Below are positions 1 to 12,430 of a DNA stretch of 64,000 bases, piece after piece (the first letter of the stretch is position 1; each line of letters starts with the position of its first letter). The translations under genes were made by a program, and so were the position numbers. This stretch comes from Carcharhinus longimanus (lineage: Eukaryota): NCBI GenBank assembly GCA_030264375.1, contig JASCQW010000109.1, positions 54,534,709 to 54,598,708 on the forward strand, written 5' to 3'. A model generated the notes under the pieces. That model had not been told where the DNA came from and searched no databases. It worked only from the letters and a program-made list of their open reading frames with translations.

Positions 1-264
1 TCTTGTGGTCAAGGGCCTTAATTAGAGCAAGGGCTTCTCTCTCAACCTCTGTCAAGCCACCCTGAGGTCCTGCCACCCCATTGTAAAATTACTTTCAGAT
101 CAGGGTGGGTAGGTCCGCAGAGAAACCTCTCCATTCAATTTCACACTTCCACCTCAAAACCCACCAATCCACTGGGGCTGGGCATCAAATTCAGACCTAT
201 ATATCTTATACATATGCGTGTTGCTGACTGATTATTTATTTGTAAATGAAAATGAAGTTCTATT

Positions 265-1051
265 TCACAGAATCCCTACAGTGAAGAGAGGCCCACCTCG
301 CCCATCAAGTCTGCAGCAACTCTCCAAAAGAGCATTCCACCCAGGTGCTCCCCACAGCTCCATCCTGTAACCCCAAGCATTTACCATGGTTAATCCACCT
401 GGCACAGTGGTTAGCACTACTGCTTCACAGTGCCAGGGAGCCAAGTTTAATTCCCAGCTTGAGTCACTGTTCTCCCCGTGTCTGCGTGTGTTTCCTCTGG
501 AATAAAAAAAACTAAATGCCAATTGTGTAACAAGTTATGGGAATAGATACCAGATCCAGGGCAAATGAAATTCCCCACAACATAAAAAGCCCCAAGTTGG
601 CAATTTAGAGGCAGCGATAAGCAGGACAGAAGGAAGAACTCTCGTGCATCAGGAACCATTTGGATTGAGGCAGAGTGAGCTAGAGTAAGAGAGAGTTTTG
701 TACGGAATTGGAAATGCTAAGAACATGCTTTGGTTTCCTCCCACAATCCGAAAGATGTGCTGGTTAGGTGCACTGGCCATGCTGAATTCTCCCTCAGTGT
801 ACCCAAACAGGCGCTGGAGTGTGGCGATAAGTGGATTGTCACAGTAACTTCATTGTAATGTTAATGTAAGCTTACTTGTGACACTAATAAATAAACCTAA
901 TCTGCGCATCTTTGGACTGTGTGAGGAAACCCAAGCACCTAGAGGAAACCCACACAGACTGAGGGAGAACATACAAATGCCACACAGTCATCCAAGGCTG
1001 GAATCGAACTTGGGTCCCTGGCTCTGAGACAGCAGTGCTAACCACTGTGTC
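265..1051 (-). mobile_element. HE1-like tRNA-derived SINE (CR1-type tail), split by a second SINE
   Basis: Tail at 265-400 and head at 896-1051 (GTGCTAACCACTGTG) join into one element. Confidence 0.8.
401..895 (+). mobile_element. HE1-like SINE (alternative tail) nested in another SINE, itself interrupted at ~501-730
   Basis: GGCACAGTGGTTAGCACT head; ends TGTGACACTAATAAATAAA. Confidence 0.8.
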
Positions 1052-1768
1052 GTCTTTGATTTCTCTTTGAATGTAGACAATCTTCAAATTTTTCTCTTTG
1101 TATCCCTACTTGACCATAAGTGCTTGATTCGCTCAGGCCAACTGAAAATATTTCCAAAGTTTTTTTTGTCTTTCTGGCTAATTAAAATCAAAGGTGTGCT
1201 GATTCCGGTTCAACAATCACAGCAATTTCTTAACAAATCAACCTCATCTCTATTTAGTTTGATGAACTTACTACTTAAACCAAAACAAACAAGAAAAGGA
1301 GGCAAGAGTCACATATAAGTTTATGACAAATTTGGAGAGAAATAGCACAGAGAATGCACTTAACAAGAAATGGTAGTGTAAAGTTTAAACACTGCTGTTG
1401 CCTTATCTTCCTGTGAACAGTTTATCCTACGTCAGGAAGAATTTCAATGGCCAGGTTAAGAGGAAAAACAACATTTAACATTTGAGAAATTTTGACAATG
1501 TAATAAAAAATCCTCAGGCCAATGAATCAGCATAGTTTTAAGCTCACCAATAAAAGAACAAAAGGAGGTTAAGTAATTTTAAAAAATATATCCACATGTT
1601 TAATAAGATATGGAAAATAAACAAAAAGTGGAAGTAAAACCATTAACTACATTTAAAAGATAAAAAGAGCAATTAGAAAGGACAGGAATAGACTGTGGAC
1701 AACTTTCCCAGAGCTGTTACAATATATTGTAGCCCAAATGGCATAATTTCTATTCTACAGCCCAGAGG

Positions 1769-1774
1769 TTTATT
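1769..1774 (-). terminator. candidate ZCCHC10 polyadenylation signal (AATAAA)
   Basis: TTTATT on the plus strand ~305 nt downstream of the stop codon; other sites are possible. Confidence 0.35.
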
Positions 1775-2078
1775 TCTTATAGTCCGGGTACCTTGACTAC
1801 TTTGGTGTCTGCATGTTCTCCTACTCATTTACTAGAATTCAGAGAACAGGAACGCAGTGTGCACTGTAGAGGGAAATATACACTTAAAAGGAAAAGGACA
1901 ACTGATCAAATTTGCAGAACATTAACCCATACTGCACATTTGATCCATAGTTCGTCTACAGATTCAGAGCATGAGAAGTTAGTGTCTTGCTTTAATTACC
2001 ATAAAAGGAATACATCTACTGTTTTTAATGGAAAATAAACATCGGCATGAAATTGCCACAACTCAAAAGGGAGTATTG

Positions 2079-2334
2079 TCATGATTTCCTCCTTTTTTTG
2101 GGTGGCTCTTCATCAGAACTACTAATGCTACTACTGGAACTAGAGTCAGAATCTGAATCAGAAGACGATGTTTCACTGGATGATGTTGTTGAGGAAGATG
2201 AGGAGCTGTCAGTTGTTGAACTCTCATCATCACTGCTGCTGCTTTCTGATGTGGAGGAATTGGATGATGTTTCGCTGTCTGAAGATGAATCAGTGGAAGA
2301 AGTGCCGCTACTGCTGCTACTAACACTTTGAGGC
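2079..2334 (-). CDS. ZCCHC10: ZCCHC10 last coding exon, Ser/Asp-rich tail ending DEEPPKKRRKS*
   Basis: ttcatttcaag acceptor; open frame PQSVSSSSSGTSSTDSSSDSE...SSDEEPPKKRRKS-TGA; total CDS 498 nt = 165 aa plus stop. Confidence 0.93.
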
Positions 2335-3139
2335 CTTGAAATGAAAAGTTAAAAGTTCATGGCAGTTAACTCCTATGCTTATTATATAACCAATGTAGAC
2401 ATCGCATATAATGAAAAATTCCCTAATTGAAAATATGATAGTATGTGTGTTCAAGACAGTATACTTTTTATGTATGCCTATGTATTTGTTAAGGATTTTC
2501 TTAGCCACTCATTTGCAGAGCAATTTTAATTTCAGAAACAAAATCTGTTAAGACTGTGATTAAAAATCCTTCCATTATTGCATGAGTGAACAGAATATCT
2601 CAATATTCCCACCCTAACAAGGTGGAAAATTGAGAAGCATAATTTGCAAAAGAAAATCAAGTCCTAAATATTACAACTATCTCAATTCTTGATTTCTGAA
2701 TAGGAAAATCAAAGCTTCACGTTGTTAGATATAGGATAATTCAATCACTTCAACAAATAACAGACAATTAAGGAGGTAATTCATGACTCATAGCAAAAAT
2801 ATATTCCAGTAAGGAGGAAAATTCAAAGAGAGGGATAAACTAATCATGGCTAATCAAATTAAGGACAGTATTAAGTTAAAAGAAAAAGCATATGAGGAGG
2901 CAAAAGTCAGTGATAGCTCCAGAGACTGGAAAAAAATTCAGAATCCAGCAAAGGAGGACTAAAAATAAAGAGAAAAAAACCACAAAGGCAAACTAGTGAA
3001 GAATATGAAACTGATAATAAGAGCTTCTTAAAATATCAAATGTCAAAGTGAACATAGTTAGAAAATGAATCCGAGGATCTAATGGGTAGAGTGGGTTATT
3101 GGAAGAATTGAGATAAGCTTGCAGTTCTCCAATGATTAC

Positions 3140-3178
3140 CTTTTCTTCTTCATCTTGTTTTCTGTAATTCCTTGTCCA
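3140..3178 (-). CDS. ZCCHC10: ZCCHC10 coding exon 3 (SGQGITENKMKKKR)
   Basis: tttcaacag acceptor and AG|GTAATC donor; 39 nt keeps the frame; short lysine-rich linker at the expected position. Confidence 0.85.
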
Positions 3179-3779
3179 CTGTTGAAAGTTAAAATAAGTA
3201 ACTGTTTTACTTGCAGATTGTAATATTAAACATTATATATGTTATCTAATAATGGACACAACCATGACATTTTATATGCTGTAAACTGAGGCAAAGTTGA
3301 GATAATATGTGGTGACTACACAAATGTGTATTTTTGGAATTTATCCTCCCTCCTGCCAATTTATTTTAGAAAAGTCACATCTATACAGTCCACTTATAAT
3401 AAGGAGATTTAAGATAGTCTATCTGAGCAGTAGCAAAGATGGACAAACCTTTTATTGAGAGAGACCACAATGTTTAAAGTGGAGCTGCATTAAGAATTCT
3501 TGGGCTTTGGGCACCAAGAATATTTGGGGCCCTTCTGCACTTCACGTAAACTCAATAACTTTTCTCTCACCCACTCTGGAAATGATGACCAGTTTTATTG
3601 CAGCATGGCTCTCTGTCAAGCTATATCTTTTGAAAGCATGCTGTATGTGAGACTGCAACAAACTTCACTGCCAAGCCCACATCTGCACATTCACAGTTTA
3701 CAGCAAAGCTAACTGAATAAAGATCAGAATTGCTAATCTCAGTTGACTTTTCCCCCTCTCTTCCTATAGCCTCCCTAAA

Positions 3780-4800
3780 ATTATCTTGGTGATCAACTTA
3801 CTCAACACATGTAGAGACAAATGATTTAGATCTAACTGCCACTGTAGAGATATAGATACATAATGACCAAGGTTGGGAAATAAATAATCTAGGTTACAGA
3901 ACATTTTGAAAAGGCAGCTGGAATGGGAAAGGAGGAATGATGTCCCTGATAAAAAAGGATACAAGGTCATCAGAAAGAAACAATCTTGGTTCAGAAAATC
4001 AGAAAGCAGGATTAGTAATGGTAAAGATTCAGACAATAAAGGCCAAAAAACATTGGTGGGAATAGTTTATATGCCAACTAACTGTGGTCATAATTTTGAA
4101 TTGAACATTAAACAAGAAATTATTGGAACTTGTAACAAAGACAATGCCAAAGCTCTGGGGGGACTTTATTCTTCATACTGACTCAATTCATCAAATTGGC
4201 AAAGGTAGTCTGGAAAGATATACTAGCATTGGAGACAGTCCAGAGATGATTCACGAGGTTAATCGTGGGTAAGAAAGGATTTTCTTGCAACGTGAGGTTG
4301 AGTAAGCTGGGACTGTACTGACCGGAGTTAGGAAGAATGAGAAGCAACCTCACTGAGGATTTTCAGGGGGCTTGATAGATGTTGAGAGGAGGTTGTATCT
4401 CCTTGTGGGAGAGTCTGGGACCAGAGGGAATAATCTCAGATTAAGAGTTGTCCACTTAAGAGCCAGATGAGTAGGAATCTCCTTTCTAGGGGAGTAGTGA
4501 ATGTTGGGAATTCTTAATAGCAAGTACTGGAATCTATGAAGGAATTCTGAATAATTAACTTGAAAAAACATAGTTTGATCGGAACAAAACAGTTTTAGGA
4601 AAGGGAATTCCAATTAAGCATATTTATTCAAGGTGTAATTAGCACAGTAGTTAAATTGTAGTATGCTAGGATTTCCTAAAGGCATTCAATAAGGTGCCAC
4701 ACAAAAGATTAACACACAAGATTAAGACTCATGAAGATGGGATAATATATTAGAATGGATAGAAGATTGGTTTACAGGCAGAGAGCAGAGGTAAAAAAGA
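3780..4800 (+). mobile_element. decayed CR1 LINE ORF2 fragments in ZCCHC10 intron
   Basis: Endonuclease-like remnant (KGQKTLVGIVY) and RT-like remnant (DF..AFNKVPH). Confidence 0.65.
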
Positions 4801-4873
4801 CTAGTGAGTAACTTCACACTTCCACACATTGTACACCATCTGCCATCTTGTTGCCCACTCACTTAACCTGCCT

Positions 4874-5080
4874 AGGTTACTGTCTGTGTGGAGTTTGTAT
4901 GTTCTCCCCATGTCTGTGTGGGTTCTCTCCTGTGTTCCAGCTTCCTCCCACAGTCCAAAGATATGCAAGTTAGGTGGATTAAAGTCCACAGGTGTGTAGG
5001 TTAGATGGAATTGTCACAGTAAATGTGCTGTGGGTGGGCCTGGGTAGGATGCTGTTTTGGAAAGTCAGGATTCTATGATT
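4874..5080 (+). mobile_element. 5'-truncated HE1-like SINE
   Basis: CTGTCTGTGTGGAGTTTG core, ends GGATTCTATGATT. Confidence 0.75.
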
Positions 5081-5218
5081 TCAGGTTTCTCAAAGAATCA
5101 AAGGATACAAGGTGGGAAAGTGTAGTTGAAGCCCAAATCCAGTCATGATCATAGTGAATGGCAGAGCAGATCAGATGGGCTATAAGGTCTTCTCCTGCTC
5201 CTATTTCTAATAAAACTA

Positions 5219-5563
<345 letters not shown>

Positions 5564-7586
5564 TTAATTTAACCAATTTAAATCAATAAAAAATTTTGTA
5601 CATTTTGCTGCAACCAAACAACTTATACTTAGTTAACACTGAAATATTTTTACTTTCCAAGGTTCAAAGTGACAGTTAAATATAATCCTCTCTCTTTTTA
5701 GAGACAGATAATAATCATCAATTACAGCTAAACTAACAAAACTAATACTGAAACAGTTTTAAGTGTTTAGCTTGTGATTATATTTGCTTGCATGCAGGTC
5801 GTTAGCAAAAACAATGAAAACATACTTAATACCAACAATCTATTCACAATTGCAAAGATAAGACAACTCAATGTTGTAACACATCTTTCTCACGCATTTG
5901 CTTCATTGAAATTAATCCATGTGATTCATCTGAGTAAGCTTGCCATTAAAAAAAATTGCAAAATTAGAAATAACATTTCTTAGAATTAAAGTTCACTTTA
6001 AGAAGAATATTTTGCACCCATTCCATAAAAGCAAAGCTAAAAATGTTATATTGAAGTAGCAGAAGGTGAAAGACAGCATAATATGAAACAACATTTCCCA
6101 TGTCCTCTCATATTGCAATGATCACTTTTAAAGATACCTACAAAACAGATCTCTATTTCCTTATTACTGCTGAGCTCATCCTACACTTCTCCAAGTGAAA
6201 CTGGTCTATATAATTCACAGCTTACAATTAATTTGTTGAAGTATATGATGTGACGATCAGAGAAGTAAAACATTTCATTGCAGTCGTCCATAACTATTTC
6301 TTTCACAGAGATTAATAATCTACCATTTTTTGACTGGCTTGTGGAGCTGGAAATAAAAGAGCACACCTTGTTTAAGTGCTGACTTTATGCCACAGCATGA
6401 TTTCTGTAGTAGATAGCAAAAGCAGTTTATTCATAATAACATCCTTTGATACAACTTCAAGGCTCACTGAGCTTATCCACTTCATTTTAGTAAAATCCAC
6501 CATGAGTCAAACATCATCTAAAGTTCATTCGGCGCTTCCTCAGGCTCCTCTCCTGCTTTCTTAATCCTTTCCAGACACACATGTTCATCTTTTTTTTGCA
6601 AATGGCAACCTCACCTCAAACCTCCCTTTCTGCTCAAGTATTTGCAAAAGTTGTAATTTCCCAGATATATGCTGATCTCTCCTGCAACTCTTTCCAAACA
6701 GCTATTTACACCTCCTATAATTAAAATTGAGCTGAAAAACTGTGGGCATCCAGGGTAAGTATTCAGAATTGATAAGAGGTTGGCTGAAGGATAGAAAGCA
6801 ACAGGTACCTGTTAAAATACATGTGTCACAGTAGGTGAAAGTAATGAATGGAATGGTTGACAAATGGCTGGAAGAAAATTAGGCATTTTATATTGCAGGG
6901 AGTACCTGAAAGATGGTCTTGAAATACAAGACAGTTGGGGATTTAGAAAAGGTTAAATCAAAATATCATAAGTTACGAAGGAACACAAGTCAAATAAGAA
7001 GATACATTTAACACAAATGAGAAATTCTTTATCACTGAAAATGCTAGCATGAACTGGATGGGCCAATGGGTTTTAACCTCTCTATGCATTCATGGAATAA
7101 TCAGCCAGATACCACTGTGAAGGCAATCAAAATCCTGGAATCAGTTAGCAAAACATTCAATGGCAACAAAATAAGGTATTTCTAGCTGGATGGAAATTAA
7201 GCTGATCATTCTCATCTGTTGTGATTTTTACAAATAATCTAAAACATTTACAATTTAACAATAAACAATTACCAAATTAATTTAGTTGCTCCTATAACTA
7301 ACCATTGTTACACAGATTAGCATTGGGAATTTGAGCAGAGGGACCAGACAGATTTTTAAAAAGTGCCTTCTTATACACAAGGCTTGTAACAATAAAGAAA
7401 AATGTAACCCCCCCCTTCCTCAAATGAAACTCATCAAAACAGTCCTATTTGTTTCAGAGCTAAAGAGAGGGAGAAATACAATATAAAACGTGGAGTAGAA
7501 TAAGAGTTCAGTGATTGCCCTCCTCCCAGTTTGTCTTTGACTGCCTGCAAATTTTGTGCAGAGTTTTGGCTGATTTTCAATATGTA

Positions 7587-8580
7587 CAGTAAGAAGTCTC
7601 ACAACAGGTTAAAGTCCAACAGGTTTACTTGGTAGCACAAGCCACTCGCTTTCGGAGCGCTGNNNNNNNNNNNNNNNNNNNNNNNNNNNNNNNNNNNNNN
7701 NNNNNNNNNNNNNNNNNNNNNNNNNNNNNNNNNNNNNNNNNNNNNNNNNNNNNNNNNNNNNNAACCCTGCCACAGCAATCTCTGCAAGACATGCCAGATC
7801 AGCAACACAGATGCCATCACGTGAGAACACCAGCCACCAGGTATATGGTACATAGTCTTGTGACTCGGCTAACATTGTCTACCTGATACGCTGCAGGAAA
7901 GGATGTCCTGAGGTATGGTACACTGGGGAGACCATGCAGGTGCTACGACAACGGATGAATGAACATTGCTGAACAATCACCAGGCAAGAGTGTTCCCTTC
8001 CTGTTGGGGAACACTTCAACAGTCACGGGCATTCAGCCTCTGATCTTCGGGTATATGTTCTCCAAGGTGGCTTTCACGACACACGACAACGCAGAATCGC
8101 TGAGCAGAAACTGATAGCCAAGTTCTGCACACATCTTGGGTTCACGTCACACTATCTGTAACCCCCACGACTTGCCTGGGCTTGCAAAATCTCATTAATT
8201 GTCCTGGCTGGAGACAATACACTTCTCTTTAACATGTGCTTAGCCCTCTCTCCACTCACACTGTCTGTACCTTTCGGACTTGATTACCTGTAAAGACTCA
8301 CATTCCAACCATTATTTTGTAAATTGAGTTTGTGTCTGTACATGTCCTGTTTGTGAACATAAGTCCTCACTCACCAATGAAGGAACAGCACTCCGAAAGC
8401 TTGTGCTGCCAAATAAACCTGTTGGACTTTAACCTGGTGCCTTCGCCAGGTGAGCGACTCACCTGATGAAGGGGCAGCACTCCAAAAGCTCGTGCTACCT
8501 AGTAAACCTGTTGGGTTTTAACCTGGTGTTGTGAGACTTCTTACTGGCCACCCCAGTCCAATACCAGCATCTCCACATCA
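7587..8580 (+). mobile_element. Penelope-like retroelement 3' portion: GIY-YIG endonuclease remnant plus inverted/tandem terminal repeats
   Basis: 7763-8135 translates to CKTCQ...SANIVYLIRCRKGCPEVWYTGETMQVLRQRMNEH...PVGEHFNSHGH...AEQKLIAKF with stops. The left end CAGTAAGAAGTCTCACAAC is the inverse of GTTGTGAGACTTCTTACTG at ~8528-8546. Confidence 0.88.
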
Positions 8581-8739
8581 TTTCGATATGTAGAATATGT
8601 TACAAACGAACTGAAACTGGCTGGGTGGGTGGCTGGGCGGGGGAAGAATGATCAACGTTCATTTGGAGTGAAACTCGCTTACTGGGGTTTAAAATGCAGT
8701 TTACTGACGCACTGATGGTGATTCAGATTTAAGCGAGTT

Positions 8740-9240
8740 TCTAAGTGCCTTAGCGCTTGGGGACGACCGATTTCTCCCCTCAAATTTCCCGGCCGATCAC
8801 AACAGCCCTTGTGGAAATGAAGGTTTTGGGTGTCCTTCCTCGCTCGCTGCCTGTGGAACTGAGTCAATCTCCATTTCAAATGGGAAACATCTGGTGTTTG
8901 TGGAGCATCGCTGAGGCCCTGGGCTGAAGATGGAACCTGCCTCTCCCCCACCAACTCCCCGGCGGCGGAAGCCGCCGCCACCTCCCTTTCCCGCTCACTA
9001 TCCACCTCTCATCCTCCCGCGACAGCCGCTGCTGCCTGGGTGAAGTACTCCTCCCGGGTGCAGCGGCAGCACGAGCCGGGCCCGTTTCCCAGAGCGGGAT
9101 ACTCACGCTTGCCTGCGAGCGATCAGCCTGTGCATAGGCGTCGCCATCTTGGATTCCCGAGATGCACCGGGCCCGTCACTAGGCAACAAGCTCTGAAGGT
9201 GCCGAGCAGCCTTGGCGGTGGCCCTGGACCCACCCCCAGG
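8740..9240 (-). promoter_or_regulatory. CpG-rich promoter/first exon of ZCCHC10 with a YY1-type motif (AAGATGGCG) over the start codon
   Basis: The most clearly GC/CpG-rich segment of the window; CGCCATCTT at 9142-9150. Confidence 0.75.
9107..9147 (-). CDS. ZCCHC10: ZCCHC10 coding exon 1 (MATPMHRLIARRQA)
   Basis: Minus strand reads AAG ATG GCG ACG CCT ATG CAC AGG CTG ATC GCT CGC AGG CAA GC|GTGAGT. The peptide matches the recognisable ZCCHC10 N-terminus; canonical donor; 41 nt, phase 2. Confidence 0.95.
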
Positions 9241-10226
9241 ATCAAACCAACTGGATCAAATCAATCCCTATTCCCCTGGGCCCCCCCCAGCATCAAACCA
9301 ACTGGATCAAATCAAACCCTATTTATTCCCCTGGGTCCCATAGCACCAAACCAACTGGATCAGAAACCCCATTCTCCTGGATCCCAGACTCAAGCCAACT
9401 GGATCAAATCAGCCCTATTCTCCTGGTCCCCAGCATCAGTCCAAAGATGTGTGGGTTAGGTTGATCGGCTATGCTAGGAAGTTGCCCCTTAGTGTCCAGG
9501 AATGCGTAGGTTAGAGGGATTAGTGGGTATAATATGTAGGGATATGGGGGTAGGGCCTGGGTGGGATTGTGTTCGGTGCAGACTCGATGGGCCGAAAGGG
9601 CCTCTTTCTTCACTGTAGGGTTCTATGATTCTATGATTCTATGAAACCAACTGAATCAAATCAAACCGTACTCCCCTGGGCCTAACATCAAACCAACTGA
9701 TCAAATCAAGCGCTATTCCCCTGGGCCCGATAGCATCAAACCAACTGAATCAAATCAAACCTTATTCTCCGGGGCCTAACATCAAACCAACTGATCAAAT
9801 CAAGCCCTATTCCCCTGGGTCCCAGCATCAAACCAACTGAATCAAATCAAACCCTATTCCCCGGGGCCTAACATCAAACCAACTGATCAAATCAAGCCCT
9901 ATTCCCCTGGGTCCCAGTATCAAACTAACTGGATCAAATCAAACCCTATTCCCTGGTCCCTACAGAATCAAACCAACTGGAACAGAAACCCTATTCCTCT
10001 GGGCCCCACCATCAAACCAACTGGATCAGAAATTGTATTCCTCTGGGCCCCACCATCAAACCAACTGGATCAGAAACCCTATCCCGGGGCCCCAGCATCA
10101 ACCAACCCTATCAAATCAAACTCTATTCCCCTGGGCCCCAGAGTCAAACCAACTGAATCAGAAACCCTATTCCCTGGGCCCCAGCATCAAAAAAGCTGAA
10201 TCAAATCAAACCCTATTCCCCTGGGC
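9241..10226. repeat. minisatellite, ~17 copies of a ~42-51 bp unit (ATCAAACCAACTGGATCAAATCAAACCCTATTCCCCTGGGCCCAGC)
   Basis: Directly visible tandem units; interrupted by a SINE at 9439-9643. Confidence 0.95.
9439..9643 (+). mobile_element. 5'-truncated HE1-like SINE inside the minisatellite
   Basis: GTCCAAAGATGTG...CACTGTAGGG followed by a (TTCTATGA)3 tail. Confidence 0.85.
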
Positions 10227-10410
10227 TGGGGCATTAGAGACTGGATTTCAGATCAATTTGCTTTGTTTTCTCCAAAAGACAACCTAATTAACCAACTGCA
10301 AGAGTGATTGTGCTTGTCATGTCATCAACAACACAGGGCATTTTCACAGCAACTTCATTGCAGTGTTGATGTAAGCCTGCTTCGACACTGATAAATAAAC
10401 TTAAACATAT

Positions 10411-10533
10411 GGGGCGGAGTTTTCCAGCCATGCTCACCCCAAAACCAGAAAATCCCACCTGAGGTCAATGGATCCTTGCATGGACCCCCCTGTGCTATGA
10501 TTCCTGTGGCAGGCGAATTGGGAAAATTCCTCT
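10411..10533. mobile_element. ~125 bp MITE (putative Harbinger-type)
   Basis: GGGGCGGAGTTTTCC...GGAAAATTCCTCTC terminal inverted repeats; homologous to three other copies in the window. Confidence 0.65.
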
Positions 10534-11894
10534 CTTGATTTGATTTGATTTATTACTGCCACATGTGTTGGGATACAGTGAAAAGTTGGGCAAAATAAGG
10601 CAAACATTTATTTGAAACGTAGCGAAATTTTTTTTCAGTGAAAATTCTTCTGCCATCATTGGCCATGAAGCTTGTAGTACATTGCAAGATCTGAGCTTTC
10701 TGTTGTGTTGTCCTCTGTGTTGGGGAGGTGTAAATAAAATTAGTTTGATAGTTGCCGCCTGCTGTTGAGCATACATTGGTCTGAGTGCCGTCAGGGTGAT
10801 CAAACGTTCTGAATTTTCCCTGAATATGCCTTGTGTTCAGTGTCCTTATGTAGATTTCCCAAGGCACCATTTGTCCTNNNNNNNNNNNNNNNNNNNNNNN
10901 NNNNNNNNNNNNNNNNNNNNNNNNNNNNNNNNNNNNNNNNNNNNNNNNNNNNNNNNNNNNNNNNNNNNNNNNNNNNNATTTGTCCTGGATCTCCCTAGGC
11001 AACAACTAAGGAATCTACTCAGAGCTTTTCTTGCCTCTTCCCAAATATCTTTGGTGTACGTGCATGCACATTGCACACATCTGTGCATCTCCAAATGACC
11101 ATTCCGTCATTCTGAGACTGTGCCCAGTGTAATAATCTCTCAGTGTCCATCCTATAAAGCCCCTTCAGCGTCATATACGTTCCAATGTGATCATCTTTCA
11201 TTCTGCTAGACTCCAGAGAATGTTGACCCAAGTTACTAAACCTCTCATCATATCGCACCCCCTCAACCCAGTGGCCAATTTAGTGAACCTTTGTTGTACT
11301 GCAACCAACACAAGTAGTAAATGGTTCTTAGATTTTATTTTTAACATAAATTTTAAGCTCAAAGTTTTTGAGGATTTTTTGTCAAGCAAGCTTCTCATCT
11401 CTGTGAACTTTTCCAGTTTATAACTGATAACAAAAGGGGGATAAATGGATGGGGGAATTTATGGGGGGGGGGTTGGAGGGGTGTGCATAGAGGGTAGCAG
11501 AATGAATATATTACGATCATTGTTTGTGTGATAGATAGAAAGATAAAGACCAACTCAGGCTGGTTGAGCCAAAAAATACTGTGATAAATGACAACGCTGA
11601 GATAACCACCGGTTTATAGGTAAATATCTCTAAGGTGTGTATCCCTGGGCTCTGCAGCTGAGGAATGACACAAGCTGGTTTTCTGGCCAGTTAGTTTCAA
11701 TTACCCCAATGCCATCACTACTTGTTCCACCTCATGCATGCACTCTCAATGCTGCTCAATTTTTCACATTTCTCCAGCTTGTATTTAGCACTGTGAGTCA
11801 CAGAGAGTGCTATGACTTGCTACTTGCTTCTTTGAAATGATAACTGCCAACTGACTCATGGGCAAGGCCACGTTTTATTTTTAAATCACAAGGA

Positions 11895-12430
11895 AAGAAA
11901 AGAACTTGCATTTGTGTAGCACTATTTCAATTCTTCAGGGTGGCCCACAGCACTTTACAAGCAGCATTCATTATTTTTGAAGAGTTAATTTGTAGGCAAA
12001 CAGCGATGCTGCCAGTTTTCACACATGCAAGTCCCACAAGCTGTTGTGAGATGAATGATTAGTTGACGCTATATTGTTGGTATCAGAAGTTATAGATGGA
12101 CATGCAGTGAAATGTCCAGCTGAGGAGTAGGGTGAAGCTGAAAAGAAAAGGTAGTAGTCAGAAAATGCAGAGTCAATAGAACCCAAGGCAGAAGCTTAAA
12201 CATTCCTTTGTTTGAATTTTTATATCTCAATGATTTCCTATTCTTCAAAATTAAAGTGCTGTGGCAGCACTGACAGACACTTAAACTAAAAGCTGGGCCT
12301 CAGGTTAAGGTCTCACCAGAAAGAGAGCATGTCCAACAATATAATGAATCTTGAGTATTGTACTATTATCCTAGCTACAGGTGCTCAGGCTATGGACCTT
12401 CAGAAACAAGGGGGTTACCATCAAGTCAAG
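11895..12430 (-). mobile_element. decayed Deu-SINE (SacSINE1-like)
   Basis: AAAGAACTTGCATTT...CACTTTACA tail and similarity to the copy at 47205-48261. Confidence 0.5.

Noticed and set aside
2047-2331. Acidic 94-aa ORF on the plus strand
   Set aside because: Antisense shadow of the Ser-rich ZCCHC10 exon.
9040-9459. 139-aa ORF as a divergent or overlapping gene
   Set aside because: Runs antisense through the GC-rich exon into the minisatellite; no recognisable protein.
9241-10226. CRISPR-like array
   Set aside because: Units are contiguous tandem copies without unique spacers; no cas genes; vertebrate context.
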